This document shows positions 34,269 through 44,036 of a stretch of 56,831 nucleotides of DNA, piece after piece; the first letter of the stretch is position 1, and each line of letters begins with the position of its first letter. The notes beneath the pieces are model-generated. The model was given only the letters and a program-made list of their open reading frames with translations, was not told the DNA's origin and did not search any database. Source of the stretch: a virus (taxonomy: Duplodnaviria; Heunggongvirae; Uroviricota; Caudoviricetes); the IMG/VR virus record IMGVR_UViG_2585427593_000001, positions 1-56,831 of that record. One strand, 5' to 3'. Made by a program: the position numbers and the translations under genes.

Positions 34269-34684
34269 TGATCTACGACATCCTCGAAAAGAAGCTCGCC
34301 GATAGCGGCCTCGTGGTGCCCGGTCAGTCCCTGTTCCGCGGCTTCATGCCTGGTGACTGCCAGATCGGCGTCATGATCCGTGCGCCGCTGTCGGGTATCG
34401 AGATCGACCCGTTCATCGAAGGCTGGCACAAGACGCATCTGCAGGTCATCACGCGCCACACTGATCCCGTCGAGGGTGACAGGATGGCAAACCAGGTGTC
34501 GAGGATCCTGTTTGTCGAGAAGCCGGATTTCTACGAGGCGAGCGCCGAGCGCGGCCCGGCACATATCAACCTGTTCTATCCGATCTCGCTGCCGATCCAG
34601 TATCCGCGTCTTGAAGGCAACAGCCTGGAGTTCTCACAGCACTTCCAGGCGGCATTCGGCTTCAAGCCGGCCTGGCGCTCTTAG
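34268..34684 (+). CDS. Probable tail terminator
   Basis: Position before the major tail protein; LQVITR. Confidence 0.6.
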   Translation: MIYDILEKKLADSGLVVPGQSLFRGFMPGDCQIGVMIRAPLSGIEIDPFIEGWHKTHLQVITRHTDPVEGDRMANQVSRILFVEKPDFYEASAERGPAHINLFYPISLPIQYPRLEGNSLEFSQHFQAAFGFKPAWRS

Positions 34685-35031
34685 CCTTGCCGGATGCCGT
34701 CGAGCATTGACCTGTAGATCCGATTCAACCTCGAGAGCTGATCGAGGTAGTCGGACGGGCAGGGCGGTTGCGCCGGCCGCGATCGTTCCTCGTTATAGGC
34801 TCTGTCGAGATCCTGTTGGACTTTGACGATATCGGTTCCCTGCTGAAGAAGCACGCCGAGATAGTCGGTGTAGAATTTGGGATCGAACTGAAGCTGGCAG
34901 CTCTCGGTCATCACCCGCATGCGTGTGATGTGGATCTGCATGGCGCTGATCGCCGAGCCGTCTGCCGCATTTGCGCCTGTCGTTGCGCTCAGCATCGCCA
35001 GGGCGGCGATCGCTGCCTTACGTGTCGTCAT
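34681..35031 (-). CDS. Exported protein with signal peptide, antisense to the tail operon
   Basis: SD AGGAGACAGGAA; MTTRKAAIAALAMLSATTGANA signal; two Cys. Confidence 0.65.
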   Translation of the reverse strand: MTTRKAAIAALAMLSATTGANAADGSAISAMQIHITRMRVMTESCQLQFDPKFYTDYLGVLLQQGTDIVKVQQDLDRAYNEERSRPAQPPCPSDYLDQLSRLNRIYRSMLDGIRQG

Positions 35032-35098
35032 TTCCTGTCTCCTGGAAGCATGCAGCCTCTCTAACAGTGCCCGTTTAGGGTGTCTACGGCCGAAATCG

Positions 35099-35168
35099 GC
35101 AAGTAAGGACTTACTTACTATTGTCAAGCCCTATCCGTTTGCGGTATTGTAAGTAAGTGCTTACTTAC
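35099..35168 (+). promoter_or_regulatory. Tail promoter with tandem operators
   Basis: TTGTCA-N18-TATTGT; operators at 35099-35118 and 35149-35168. Confidence 0.7.
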
Positions 35169-35211
35169 TTCGTCCGTGGTGGACGAAGTCCATAGACAGG
35201 AGAACTAAGGA

Positions 35212-36039
35212 ATGTCGTCCACCGAGAACGTAAAGCTCGGCGTCTGCAACGTTCTCTTCGACGGAGTTGACCTTGGCTTCACCAAGGGCGGCGTCGAAGT
35301 TGAAGTTGCCACGTCCACGAAGGAAATTACCGTCGACCAGATGGGTGAAACCCCGATCGGCGAAGTCATCATGGGCCGCACGGTTCAGGCAACCGTCCCG
35401 CTCGCCGAAACCACGCTCGACAACCTCGTCGCTGTTATGCCGGGTTCCGTTCTGATTTCTGACGGCGCCAAGGCTTCCGGCACGGTCACGTTCTCGACGG
35501 CTGCTCCGGTCAACAACGACAAGATCTCGTTCGGTGGCGTCGACTACGTCTTCAAGACCACCCCGCTTCTGCAGAACGAAATGGCGATCCCGGCCACGAT
35601 CGCTGCTGCCGCGACCGAGCTCGCCGTCAAGATCAACGCCATTTCCGCCAACTTCGTCGCCTCTGCGGCCGCTGGTGTCGTCACGATTACGGCCAAGAGC
35701 CGCGGTGTCGATGGCAACGTCGCGATCGCCAAGACTGTTGCCACTCCGGCAAACGTCACGGTCGTCAACCTGACGGGTGGCGTCGATACGACCAAGGCTC
35801 AGGTCAAGGTCTCGACCGGCGTCAACATCAACCTGCTCAGGCTCGCAAAGACCCTGGTCCTGCGCCCGAAGGGCACGAACGGCGAAGACGACTTCACGAT
35901 CCACCGCGCCATGTGCCCCGGTGCTCTGAACTTCGCCTACCAGTTCGACAACGAGCGCGTCTTCAACTCCGTCTTCAAGGGCTACGCCCAGGACAACGGC
36001 GACCTCTTCGCAGTCGGTGACGTAACGGCGACCGCCTAA
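35212..36039 (+). CDS. Major tail (tube) protein with an inserted domain
   Basis: DLGFTKGGVEV...VPLAETT...F..DNERVF pattern. Confidence 0.85.
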   Translation: MSSTENVKLGVCNVLFDGVDLGFTKGGVEVEVATSTKEITVDQMGETPIGEVIMGRTVQATVPLAETTLDNLVAVMPGSVLISDGAKASGTVTFSTAAPVNNDKISFGGVDYVFKTTPLLQNEMAIPATIAAAATELAVKINAISANFVASAAAGVVTITAKSRGVDGNVAIAKTVATPANVTVVNLTGGVDTTKAQVKVSTGVNINLLRLAKTLVLRPKGTNGEDDFTIHRAMCPGALNFAYQFDNERVFNSVFKGYAQDNGDLFAVGDVTATA

Positions 36040-36071
36040 TGCGCGGCGACGAAATCGGTTTCTAACAACCC

Positions 36072-36107
36072 CGACCGGCGCCTCTCTTCAGGGACGCCGG
36101 TCTTTTT
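36072..36107 (+). terminator. Rho-independent terminator
   Basis: GACCGGCG...CGCCGGTC-TTTTT. Confidence 0.75.
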
Positions 36108-36131
36108 CCTCAAAGCAACAGAGAGACAGAT

Positions 36132-36488
36132 ATGACCAAGGTCATCAACATCGCTTCCCTTCGCAAGCCTGCCGCTGTCGTCATCGAGACGGAAGACGGG
36201 AAGAAGCACGAAATGGTCCCGGCCACCGTCGACACCTTCCTCGAGAACCTGAAGGACGTTGAGACGCTCGGTCTCGATGCCTCTCCGATCCAGGAAGCCG
36301 AGCTTACGATCCGCGCTATCCAGCGCGCGTTCCCTTCCATCGATCGCAAGGAGATCGGCGGCTGGGATCTCGACGTGATCAAGAGCCTCTACGAAATGAT
36401 CATCACCGTGAATGGTGAGGTTGTCTCTCAGGATCCCGAAGCGATCAAGGAGATCGAACAGACGGGAAAGTCCGCGCAGGCGGCGTAA
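36132..36488 (+). CDS. Tail assembly chaperone (gpG-like)
   Basis: Between tail tube and tape measure genes; slippery site near its end. Confidence 0.8.
   Translation: MTKVINIASLRKPAAVVIETEDGKKHEMVPATVDTFLENLKDVETLGLDASPIQEAELTIRAIQRAFPSIDRKEIGGWDLDVIKSLYEMIITVNGEVVSQDPEAIKEIEQTGKSAQAA
36464..36470 (+). other. -1 programmed frameshift slippery site
   Basis: G-GGA-AAG in frame; the -1 frame is open through to 36835. Confidence 0.85.
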
Positions 36489-36835
36489 GCCAGATCGATC
36501 TCGGCTTCCTGATCTGCAGGGTCATGGCCGAGTATGGCTACACCGTCGAAACTGTCCTCAAGCTACCGATCAAGCAGTTCTGGTTCGTCTCGAACATGGT
36601 TGACCGTTTGAGGGCAGAGAAGGATCTCCGGCAGATCCAGTTATTGGCATCGGTGACGACCAAGGAAGCCTACACGGAAGCCTTCAAGTCGCTGAACAAC
36701 CAGGCCGGCCAGGTCTACGTGTTCGAAAAGGAAATCCCGACGGAGATCCGCATCGACCCCGCAACTGGACTGGATCCTGAATTCGATCGTGAGGGTCTGC
36801 GGGCACTGAAGATGAAGATCGCTGCTGGCCGCTGA
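36464..36835 (+). CDS. gpT-like C-terminal part of the gpGT fusion
   Basis: -1 frame GKVRAGGVSQIDLGFLICRVMAEYG... joins the ORF at 36524. Confidence 0.75.
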   Translation, partial: GKVRAGGVSQIDLGFLICRVMAEYGYTVETVLKLPIKQFWFVSNMVDRLRAEKDLRQIQLLASVTTKEAYTEAFKSLNNQAGQVYVFEKEIPTEIRIDPATGLDPEFDREGLRALKMKIAAGR

Positions 36836-36865
36836 TCTAAGTAATTACTTACTTAGGATTTGAGA

Positions 36866-39800
36866 ATGACGGCTATTCGCGTTGAACTTCAGCTGGCAGA
36901 CGGCTCCTTTACCTCGGGCATGCTCCGGGCAGGGCAGTCGCTCGCGCAGCTCCAGGCGCAGCTCGTTCGCACCAACCCTCAGCTTGCAAACGTGGCAGCG
37001 AATGGCGGAAACGTCATTCGCTCCATGACTGGCATGGACAGCTCTGCCAAGGGCTTCCTGTCCACCCTTCGCGACGTGTCGATCGTCACCGGCCTGGTGT
37101 CGATGGGATTGTCGAAGATGTCCGGCGCGGCGAACGGCTGGGTCGGTGAGATCGTCCGCATCAATGCGGAAATGGAAAAGCTGAACTTCCAGATGCGGTC
37201 GATGGCGACTTCCGCCGACCCGATGAAGGAAGCAGCCGACAACGTGAAGTATCTGCGCGAGCAGGCAACTCAGATGCCGTTCTCGCTGCGAACCATCACC
37301 TCTGGCTTCGTCAAGCTCAAGGCGACCGGCACGGACCCGATGAACGGCTCGCTGAAGGCGATCGCCGACGGCATCGCGTCGTTTGGCGGTTCTGACGAAG
37401 CCTTCAACCGCACCATTCTCGGTATTACCCAGGCGGCCGGTAAGGGCGTCCTGCAGATGGAAGAACTGCGTCAGCAGATCGGCGAATCCATGCCGAATGC
37501 GATGCAGCTGCTTGCCCGCTCGATGGGCCTGTCAGTCGGTCAGCTCGCCAAGGAGATCTCGACCGGCACGGTAGCCTCGCGCCCGGCGCTGGAGAAGCTC
37601 TACGACGAGCTTAACCGCGTCTACGGTGGCACCTCGCAGCGCATGATGCGCACCTTCTCGGGCCAGCTCACCCAGCTTCATACCAACCTGCAGAACCTTG
37701 CCACCAATGAAGGCGGCAGTGGCTTCTTCGATCAGGTGAAGGGTCAGCTCCAGGATATCAACCGGTTCCTGGCAAGCGACATGGCAAACCAGTTCGCGAC
37801 CAAGCTCGGCAACGCCTTGTCTTCGGTCGTTCAGGGTCTGCGCACGGCAATTACCACGATCTGGGAGTTCCGCGACGAAATCACCCGCGTTGGCGCCATC
37901 GTCGCCGGTGGCCTCGGCATGCTCGCACTTGCCCGCGGCATCCAGTCCCTGACTGCTGCGGTGACGGCTGCCGGCTTTGCCTGGAAGATCTTCCGGACGA
38001 ACATGGCCGAGGCTGTCTCCAACATTACGCTTGGCGTGACCGGCTTCCGGAACATGACCACGGCTTCGACCGGCCTTTCGTTCGTCCTGATGGGTATGCG
38101 TGGCGCGTTCGGAGCAATCCTGACCGGCTTCACGGCCTTTGCTCCGCTGATCGTCGGCGTTGGTGTCGCGGCTTATACGGCCGGTGAATATTTCGGCCTG
38201 TTCAAGGATCGCGTTGGTGACGCCTACGAGGAGCTGAAGAAGTTCGGCGCCGAGTCCGAAGCCATTGCCCGTAAGACGGTCGAAGCCAAGCGCAACCAGC
38301 TGCAGGAGCGCATCGCGTCCATGCAGAACGCCCGCGCGCTGGGTGGTCAGGGCTGGGACGAACAGATCGCCGCGGCTCAAAAGGAGCTTGAGCAGTTCAA
38401 CGTTGAAAGCCCGAAGTTCATCCAGGACGCCGCAAAGGCCGAAAACACCAAGAAGCTCGATGCTTACAAGCAGAGCATCCAGGACGCTGTTGCGATCCAG
38501 CAGCAGGGCTATGAGAAGCTCCAGAAGGAGCGCGACCAGGCGTTTGACGAGGATCTTGCCAAGACCGGCGAGAACGAAGAGTCGAAGGCCCAGATCACCA
38601 AGAAGTATCAGGATAAGCTGCGGGAGAACCAGAAGAACCTCTCCAAGGAGATCATCAAGGGATACGACGAGCGCCTCGACGCGCTGAACAAGTCGCTGGC
38701 GACTGCGGCTGGCTCCGAGAAGGATCTGATCCAGCAGCAGATCGCCTACGTCAACAGCCTGCGCAACCCGGAATACCAGCGCTTCCTCACCCTGGACGAC
38801 AAGACCTTCAGCGTCGATCACACCTCGACCGGTGCGAACGAGACGAAGGCTGTCGAACGCGGCAAGAAGGCGCTCGAGGAGCTTCAGGCCGATATCGCCA
38901 AGATCCAGGCGAACATGAACGGCGCATCCGGTGCTGCTGCTGAAATGGCCGAGAAGATCGCGGCCAACGACTTTGGTTCGATCAAGGAGGGCGGCGAGGA
39001 TATCGCGAGGCTCCACGATCAGCTGATGGCTGCTGCCGAGGCGAAGGAAACCCTCGACAAGGCCATGAAGGGCAACCAGAAGGCCGATCGCGATCTGGAT
39101 AATATCCAGGAGGATATTCGCGAGCGCGAAATGAAGCTCCTGGAGCGCCAGCAGGGCAGGGAGCTCAACGACGCCCAGAAGATGCGCCTGCGTCTCGACA
39201 ACGGCGGCTACTTCGCCCTCGGTCCCTACGACAACATCAAGAAGGCACTCGGCGAAGTCGTCGGCGCCATGAACGCCCAGGGTGCGGCTGCCAACCAGGT
39301 TGGCACCGTCATGCGCGAGAACACGTTCAGCAATGAGACCGTCAAGCACGTCGACACCGTCACCGATGCCATCGGCCGGCTCTCCGGCGCTATTCGGGGT
39401 GTTGGCACGTCACTGAACGGTCTGAACTTCGCCGACCTGGGCAAGGGCCTCTCCGGCACCCTTCCGATGGGTGGCAATGCCCCGAAGATCACGCAGTTCT
39501 CTGGCTCGATGCTCGACCTGATCGCCAAGGGAGAGTCGGGCGGCGACTATAACGCCACGCTGGACAACGGCGCATGGACGGGCGGTTCGCAGAACCTCGT
39601 TGGCATGACGCTGAACCAGGTCCGCGACCTGCAGCGCCAGATGCTCTCTAATCCCGCCAACCGGGCAAAGTATGACGGCAAGGGCTCTTCGGCGCTCGGC
39701 AAGTATCAGATCGTCGGTCAGACGCTGCAGGGTCTCATGGAAGAGATGGGCCTCTCCGGCGACGAGATGTTCGATGAGAAGATGCAGGACCAGATGGCGA

Positions 39801-41476
39801 TGCGTCTGCTCAATCGTCGTCTCGGCTCTGGCGAGGGCATCGGAGGTCTCCGCAAGGAATGGACCTCGCTCAAGAACGTCTCCGACGACGTGATCCAGAA
39901 CGCGCTGAATAGCGCTTCGAACGGCCCGACGCGCGAGAAGGCCGCTGGCTACGCTATGACCAGCGCGCCGGCGATGTCGGCCAGCCTCGGCCCGCTGCCG
40001 ACCTACCAGCCGACCGTGATCGACGCCCAGATCGAAAAGACGGCCGACCTTCGCAAGGAGCTCGATGAGGCCGACAAGAAGTATCAGGAGCTCGGCAAGA
40101 AGACCAACGACGCGGATCTCGCCGACTGGATCAAGCAGACCTCGACCGAAACCAAGGATCTCGGCAAGAACGCTGAAGATACCGGCAAGCGCTATGACGC
40201 TCTGGTCAAGGCAATCTCGGGCGGCAAGTTCGGCGACAGCGACGAAGACAAGAACCCCGAGGCAGCGCGCTACAAGGACGCGATTGCCGCGGCGAAGGAA
40301 TACGACGCCGTTGCCAAGGATGTCGACGAGAAGAAGAAGCTTCGCACCCAGACGGATCGCGAGACCGAAAAGCTTGAGCAGGATCGCCTCGAGCTCAACC
40401 GGCGCCTGGCTGAAGCTCAGAAGAAGGTCTCCAATCCGGACTACATCAAGGACTCGTCCGCCCTTGAGGATTTGACCACCCGTCTCGACGCCTACATCGC
40501 CAAGACCAAGGAGCTCTACGGCGAAGACAGCGATGCGTATCGCCAGGCGCTACAGACCAAGACCAACATGCTGCGCTCGCAGTCCCAGCTCGACAGCGCC
40601 GTCACCCAGACGAAGCTCGAGAAGGAACGTCGCGACACCGAAAGCACGCTGCTCACCACGACGCAGATGCGTCGGCAGGAGATGCAGCGCAAGATCGCCC
40701 TCATCGACCAGGCCACGCAGGAAGCGATTGCTGCCGGCGAGGATGAGGTCGAGGCGACCAGGCGTGGCGAAGCTCAGAAGGCGGCTATCCGTGCGCAGTA
40801 TGTGCAGGAAATGTCGCCCATGCAGAAGCAGTTCAAGGAATGGGGCGACCTGCAGTCCAACCTCGCCCAGGGATCTGCGCGCTGGATGGACTCGCTTGCG
40901 GGCGGCATCGCTGATCTCATCACTGGCACCGGTGATCTGCGCCAGACCCTTCAGGGCATCCTGAAGGACATCGTGAGCACGGGCGTCAAGTATATGATGT
41001 CCGGCATGTTCTCCGGTAAGGGCGGTGGCGCTGCTTCCGGTGGCAAGAAGGGTGCAGCCGCAGCTGGTGGCAGCAAGAAGGGCCTGGTCCCGACCGCGCA
41101 CACGGGCGGCATCATCGGCTCGAGCGCGCTTTCGCCGAAGATGGCCCACGCTGCCATGTTCGCGGGCGCTCCCAAGTTCCACACGGGCGGCATCGTCGAT
41201 AGCCTGCTGCCTTCCGAGGTTCCGATCATCGCCAAGAAGGGCGAGGGCGTCTTCACGCCTGAGCAGATGGACGCGATGGGCGGCTTCTCCCAGAGCCAGT
41301 CGATCGTCATCTCGTCGCCGATCACCGTCAACGGATCGGCCGGCTCGCCGGAACAGAACCAGGATCTCGCAAAGAAGATGGCCCGTGAATACGAGCAGTC
41401 GATGCGCGGCGTGGTCGCCGAGGAAATCCGGAAGCAGACGCGTCCGGGCAATTACATGAACCAGAGGAGCCGCTGA
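36866..41476 (+). CDS. Tape measure protein with internal lysozyme-like domain
   Basis: About 1,536 aa; GKGVLQMEELRQQIGE tape-measure motif; ESGGDYN...GKYQ...QD domain; C-terminal HTGG repeats. Confidence 0.93.
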   Translation: MTAIRVELQLADGSFTSGMLRAGQSLAQLQAQLVRTNPQLANVAANGGNVIRSMTGMDSSAKGFLSTLRDVSIVTGLVSMGLSKMSGAANGWVGEIVRINAEMEKLNFQMRSMATSADPMKEAADNVKYLREQATQMPFSLRTITSGFVKLKATGTDPMNGSLKAIADGIASFGGSDEAFNRTILGITQAAGKGVLQMEELRQQIGESMPNAMQLLARSMGLSVGQLAKEISTGTVASRPALEKLYDELNRVYGGTSQRMMRTFSGQLTQLHTNLQNLATNEGGSGFFDQVKGQLQDINRFLASDMANQFATKLGNALSSVVQGLRTAITTIWEFRDEITRVGAIVAGGLGMLALARGIQSLTAAVTAAGFAWKIFRTNMAEAVSNITLGVTGFRNMTTASTGLSFVLMGMRGAFGAILTGFTAFAPLIVGVGVAAYTAGEYFGLFKDRVGDAYEELKKFGAESEAIARKTVEAKRNQLQERIASMQNARALGGQGWDEQIAAAQKELEQFNVESPKFIQDAAKAENTKKLDAYKQSIQDAVAIQQQGYEKLQKERDQAFDEDLAKTGENEESKAQITKKYQDKLRENQKNLSKEIIKGYDERLDALNKSLATAAGSEKDLIQQQIAYVNSLRNPEYQRFLTLDDKTFSVDHTSTGANETKAVERGKKALEELQADIAKIQANMNGASGAAAEMAEKIAANDFGSIKEGGEDIARLHDQLMAAAEAKETLDKAMKGNQKADRDLDNIQEDIREREMKLLERQQGRELNDAQKMRLRLDNGGYFALGPYDNIKKALGEVVGAMNAQGAAANQVGTVMRENTFSNETVKHVDTVTDAIGRLSGAIRGVGTSLNGLNFADLGKGLSGTLPMGGNAPKITQFSGSMLDLIAKGESGGDYNATLDNGAWTGGSQNLVGMTLNQVRDLQRQMLSNPANRAKYDGKGSSALGKYQIVGQTLQGLMEEMGLSGDEMFDEKMQDQMAMRLLNRRLGSGEGIGGLRKEWTSLKNVSDDVIQNALNSASNGPTREKAAGYAMTSAPAMSASLGPLPTYQPTVIDAQIEKTADLRKELDEADKKYQELGKKTNDADLADWIKQTSTETKDLGKNAEDTGKRYDALVKAISGGKFGDSDEDKNPEAARYKDAIAAAKEYDAVAKDVDEKKKLRTQTDRETEKLEQDRLELNRRLAEAQKKVSNPDYIKDSSALEDLTTRLDAYIAKTKELYGEDSDAYRQALQTKTNMLRSQSQLDSAVTQTKLEKERRDTESTLLTTTQMRRQEMQRKIALIDQATQEAIAAGEDEVEATRRGEAQKAAIRAQYVQEMSPMQKQFKEWGDLQSNLAQGSARWMDSLAGGIADLITGTGDLRQTLQGILKDIVSTGVKYMMSGMFSGKGGGAASGGKKGAAAAGGSKKGLVPTAHTGGIIGSSALSPKMAHAAMFAGAPKFHTGGIVDSLLPSEVPIIAKKGEGVFTPEQMDAMGGFSQSQSIVISSPITVNGSAGSPEQNQDLAKKMAREYEQSMRGVVAEEIRKQTRPGNYMNQRSR

Positions 41477-41829
41477 TGGCGCTGCCGACCTTTGAACCGC
41501 CCGTCGGTCCCTCGCCGGGCACGTCTCACAAGCCGACCGTCAACCTTTGGGAGTCGGAATTCGGCGACGGATATAGCCAGACGATGCCGAAGGGCATCAA
41601 CCACATCAGGAAGACCACTTCCCTGAAGTGGGAGACGCTGACCTATGACGAGATGCGCGAGATTGTCGATTTCTTCGAGGAACGGCAGGGCTCGAAGGCA
41701 TTCTGGTTCAAGCCGTTTGGTGAGCCCCTTCGCGTCAAGTGGACCTGCAAGGAGTGGGACTACGTCACGAACGGTGGCATTTGGTCCGTCTCGGCGAACT
41801 TCGTCCAGAGCTTCACGACCGAATTGTAA
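41476..41829 (+). CDS. Distal tail protein (lambda gpM-like)
   Basis: FGDGYSQ...GIN...F.W.P...F.QSF. Confidence 0.88.
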   Translation: MALPTFEPPVGPSPGTSHKPTVNLWESEFGDGYSQTMPKGINHIRKTTSLKWETLTYDEMREIVDFFEERQGSKAFWFKPFGEPLRVKWTCKEWDYVTNGGIWSVSANFVQSFTTEL

Positions 41830-41853
41830 GTGTTTCCTTATTTAGGCTTGCAA

Positions 41854-41873
41854 GTAAGTAAGCACTTACTTAC
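41854..41873. promoter_or_regulatory. Palindromic operator
   Basis: GTAAGTAAGCACTTACTTAC. Confidence 0.75.
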
Positions 41874-41899
41874 AATTGGACCTCAATCAAGAGGCCCGA

Positions 41900-42607
41900 A
41901 TGTCCGTTCAGTCTGAAGCTCAGTCGCTTTCGCCGTCTGCCATCATCTCGCTGTTCACCATCGACGCTTCGCCGATGGGCGGCCCGCTGATGTATTTCGT
42001 GCAGGGCTCGGAGAACGACGGCCCGGTCGTCTACAACGGCATTGAATACCAGCCGGTCGACGTTCAGTTCGAAGGGCTGGAAACGTCCGGCGCCGGCGCG
42101 CTGCCGCAGCCGAAGATTCGCATCTCCAACGTCGACGGCATGGCCCAGGCCCTGGTCTCGACCTATGGCGAGCTGCTCGGCTGCACGCTCTACCGTGTTC
42201 GCACCTACAAGCGCTTCCTCGACTACCAGCCCGACGCCGACCCCGAAGCTTTCTATGGCCCCGATATCTTCCGCTTTGAGCGCAAGACCTCGGAAAACGG
42301 CGTCTTCATCGAGTGGGATCTGTCTGCGTCGATCGACCAGGAAGGCAAGATGCTGCCTGGCCGCACGGTCATCCGCAACACCTGCCTGTGGCGCTACCGC
42401 TACTTCAACACCCTGACCGGCACCTTCGACTATTCCAAGGCGCAGTGCCCTTACACGGGCAACCGATATTTCGACATCAACGATGCGCCGGTCAGCGACC
42501 CGTCCAAGGACGTGCCGTCGCGCCGTCTCAACTGCTGCCGCACCCGCTTTGGCCGCGGCAATCCGCTGCCCTTCGGCGGCTTCCCTGGCGTCCAGAGGAT
42601 CTCCTAA
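41900..42607 (+). CDS. Tail tip protein (lambda gpL-like)
   Basis: PKIRISNVDG; CLWRY...CPYTG...CCRTRFG...LPFGGFPG. Confidence 0.9.
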   Translation: MSVQSEAQSLSPSAIISLFTIDASPMGGPLMYFVQGSENDGPVVYNGIEYQPVDVQFEGLETSGAGALPQPKIRISNVDGMAQALVSTYGELLGCTLYRVRTYKRFLDYQPDADPEAFYGPDIFRFERKTSENGVFIEWDLSASIDQEGKMLPGRTVIRNTCLWRYRYFNTLTGTFDYSKAQCPYTGNRYFDINDAPVSDPSKDVPSRRLNCCRTRFGRGNPLPFGGFPGVQRIS

Positions 42608-43390
42608 ATGATGAAGTTTGCACTCGCTTTCGAGGATGCGAAGGCTCACGCGCGTCGGGTTTATCCCGAGGAAAGCTGCGGCCTGATCGTCGGTGGCAAG
42701 TATATCGCCTGCGAGAACGTCGCGGCTGACCCGACCAATCATGTCGATGATCCGAACTGCTCCTGCCGCAGGTGCTCTTTCGAGATCTCGCCGGCCGTCT
42801 ACGTCAGCCACGGCGACAACATCGAAATGGTCGTGCATTCGCACCCGGATGGCCCCTTCTATCCGTCGAAGGCCGACATGGAATGCCAGGTCCAGACCGG
42901 CAAGCCCTGGGCGATCATCACCCTCGACGAGGAACGCGTTGCTGAAAAGCCGGTGATCTGGGGTGGCGACATCCCCGAACTGCTCGGCCGTCAGTTCATG
43001 CACGGCGTCACCGACTGCTATGCGGTCATCAAGGACGCCTACGCGCTCGGCAAGGACGCGCTCGAAAAGCAGGGCATTCCCGGCTGGCCTTACGATCCGA
43101 TCATTCTGCCTGAGTTCCCGCGCAGCGATGCGTGGTGGGAAGGCGGCGAGGATCTCTACATCGATAATTTCGCCAAGGCCGGCTTCGTGGAGACCACGGA
43201 CACGCCGCAGCCCGGCGATGTCTTCCTGATGAAGATCCGCTCCTCGAAGGAGAACCACGGCGGGCTCCTCGTCGGTAACGACCTCATCGTCCATCACCTG
43301 CCGTCGCGCATGTCGCGCCGCGAACCTGCCGGTCTCTGGGGTCGGCAGGCGACGCGCTGGCTTCGCTACAAGGGGAACGCCGATGCGTAA
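42608..43390 (+). CDS. Tail tip assembly protein (lambda gpK-like, JAB and NlpC/P60)
   Basis: EESCG, VHSHPDG..PS..D, DCY...HGG. Confidence 0.9.
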   Translation: MMKFALAFEDAKAHARRVYPEESCGLIVGGKYIACENVAADPTNHVDDPNCSCRRCSFEISPAVYVSHGDNIEMVVHSHPDGPFYPSKADMECQVQTGKPWAIITLDEERVAEKPVIWGGDIPELLGRQFMHGVTDCYAVIKDAYALGKDALEKQGIPGWPYDPIILPEFPRSDAWWEGGEDLYIDNFAKAGFVETTDTPQPGDVFLMKIRSSKENHGGLLVGNDLIVHHLPSRMSRREPAGLWGRQATRWLRYKGNADA

Positions 43391-44036
43391 GGTCATCCTG
43401 CACGGTTCCCTCGGCGACAAGTATGGCAAGGAATTCAGTCTCGACGTGCGCACGGCCGGCGAGGCTGTCCGCGCGCTCGCGGCCAACTTCCCGATGTTCA
43501 TGAAGGATCTGCGCGAAGGCGCCTGGCATGTCGTGCGGGGCAAGAAGGTCGATAGCGGTCTTTCGCTCGATGAAACCCAGATCAGCGGTTTTCGCCTGGG
43601 CAAGGGCGATCTCCACATCGCGCCCTTCATCGCTGGCTCCAAGCGGGGCGGGCTGCTGAAGGTCGTTCTCGGCGTCGTGCTGATCGGCGCAGCATTCGCA
43701 TTCACGGGCGGGGCGCTGGCGACCGCTGTCGGCGCCGGCTCTGCGATGGGCTCTCTTGGCATCACCGGCACCCAGGTTGCGCTCTTTGGCGCGGCAGTGG
43801 CGCTTGCGGGCGTCTCCTCGCTGCTCTCGCCCGAAGAGAAGGCCAAGGAAGAGGACGGCTCTCAGTCGTTCACGATGGCCGGGCCTGCCAACACCTCCGA
43901 CCAGGGCGCTCCGGTCCCGCTTGTCTACGGCGAGGTCATCACGGGCGGCGTCCTGATTTCGGGCGGCATCGACATCGAGCAGATCGCTGTCACCGGCGAC
44001 GGTGGTGGATCTGTCGGCAGCGGAGGCAAGAAGTGA
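43383..44036 (+). CDS. Tail assembly protein (lambda gpI-like)
   Basis: VILHGSLG...QGAPVPLVYGE. Confidence 0.9.
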   Translation: MRKVILHGSLGDKYGKEFSLDVRTAGEAVRALAANFPMFMKDLREGAWHVVRGKKVDSGLSLDETQISGFRLGKGDLHIAPFIAGSKRGGLLKVVLGVVLIGAAFAFTGGALATAVGAGSAMGSLGITGTQVALFGAAVALAGVSSLLSPEEKAKEEDGSQSFTMAGPANTSDQGAPVPLVYGEVITGGVLISGGIDIEQIAVTGDGGGSVGSGGKK

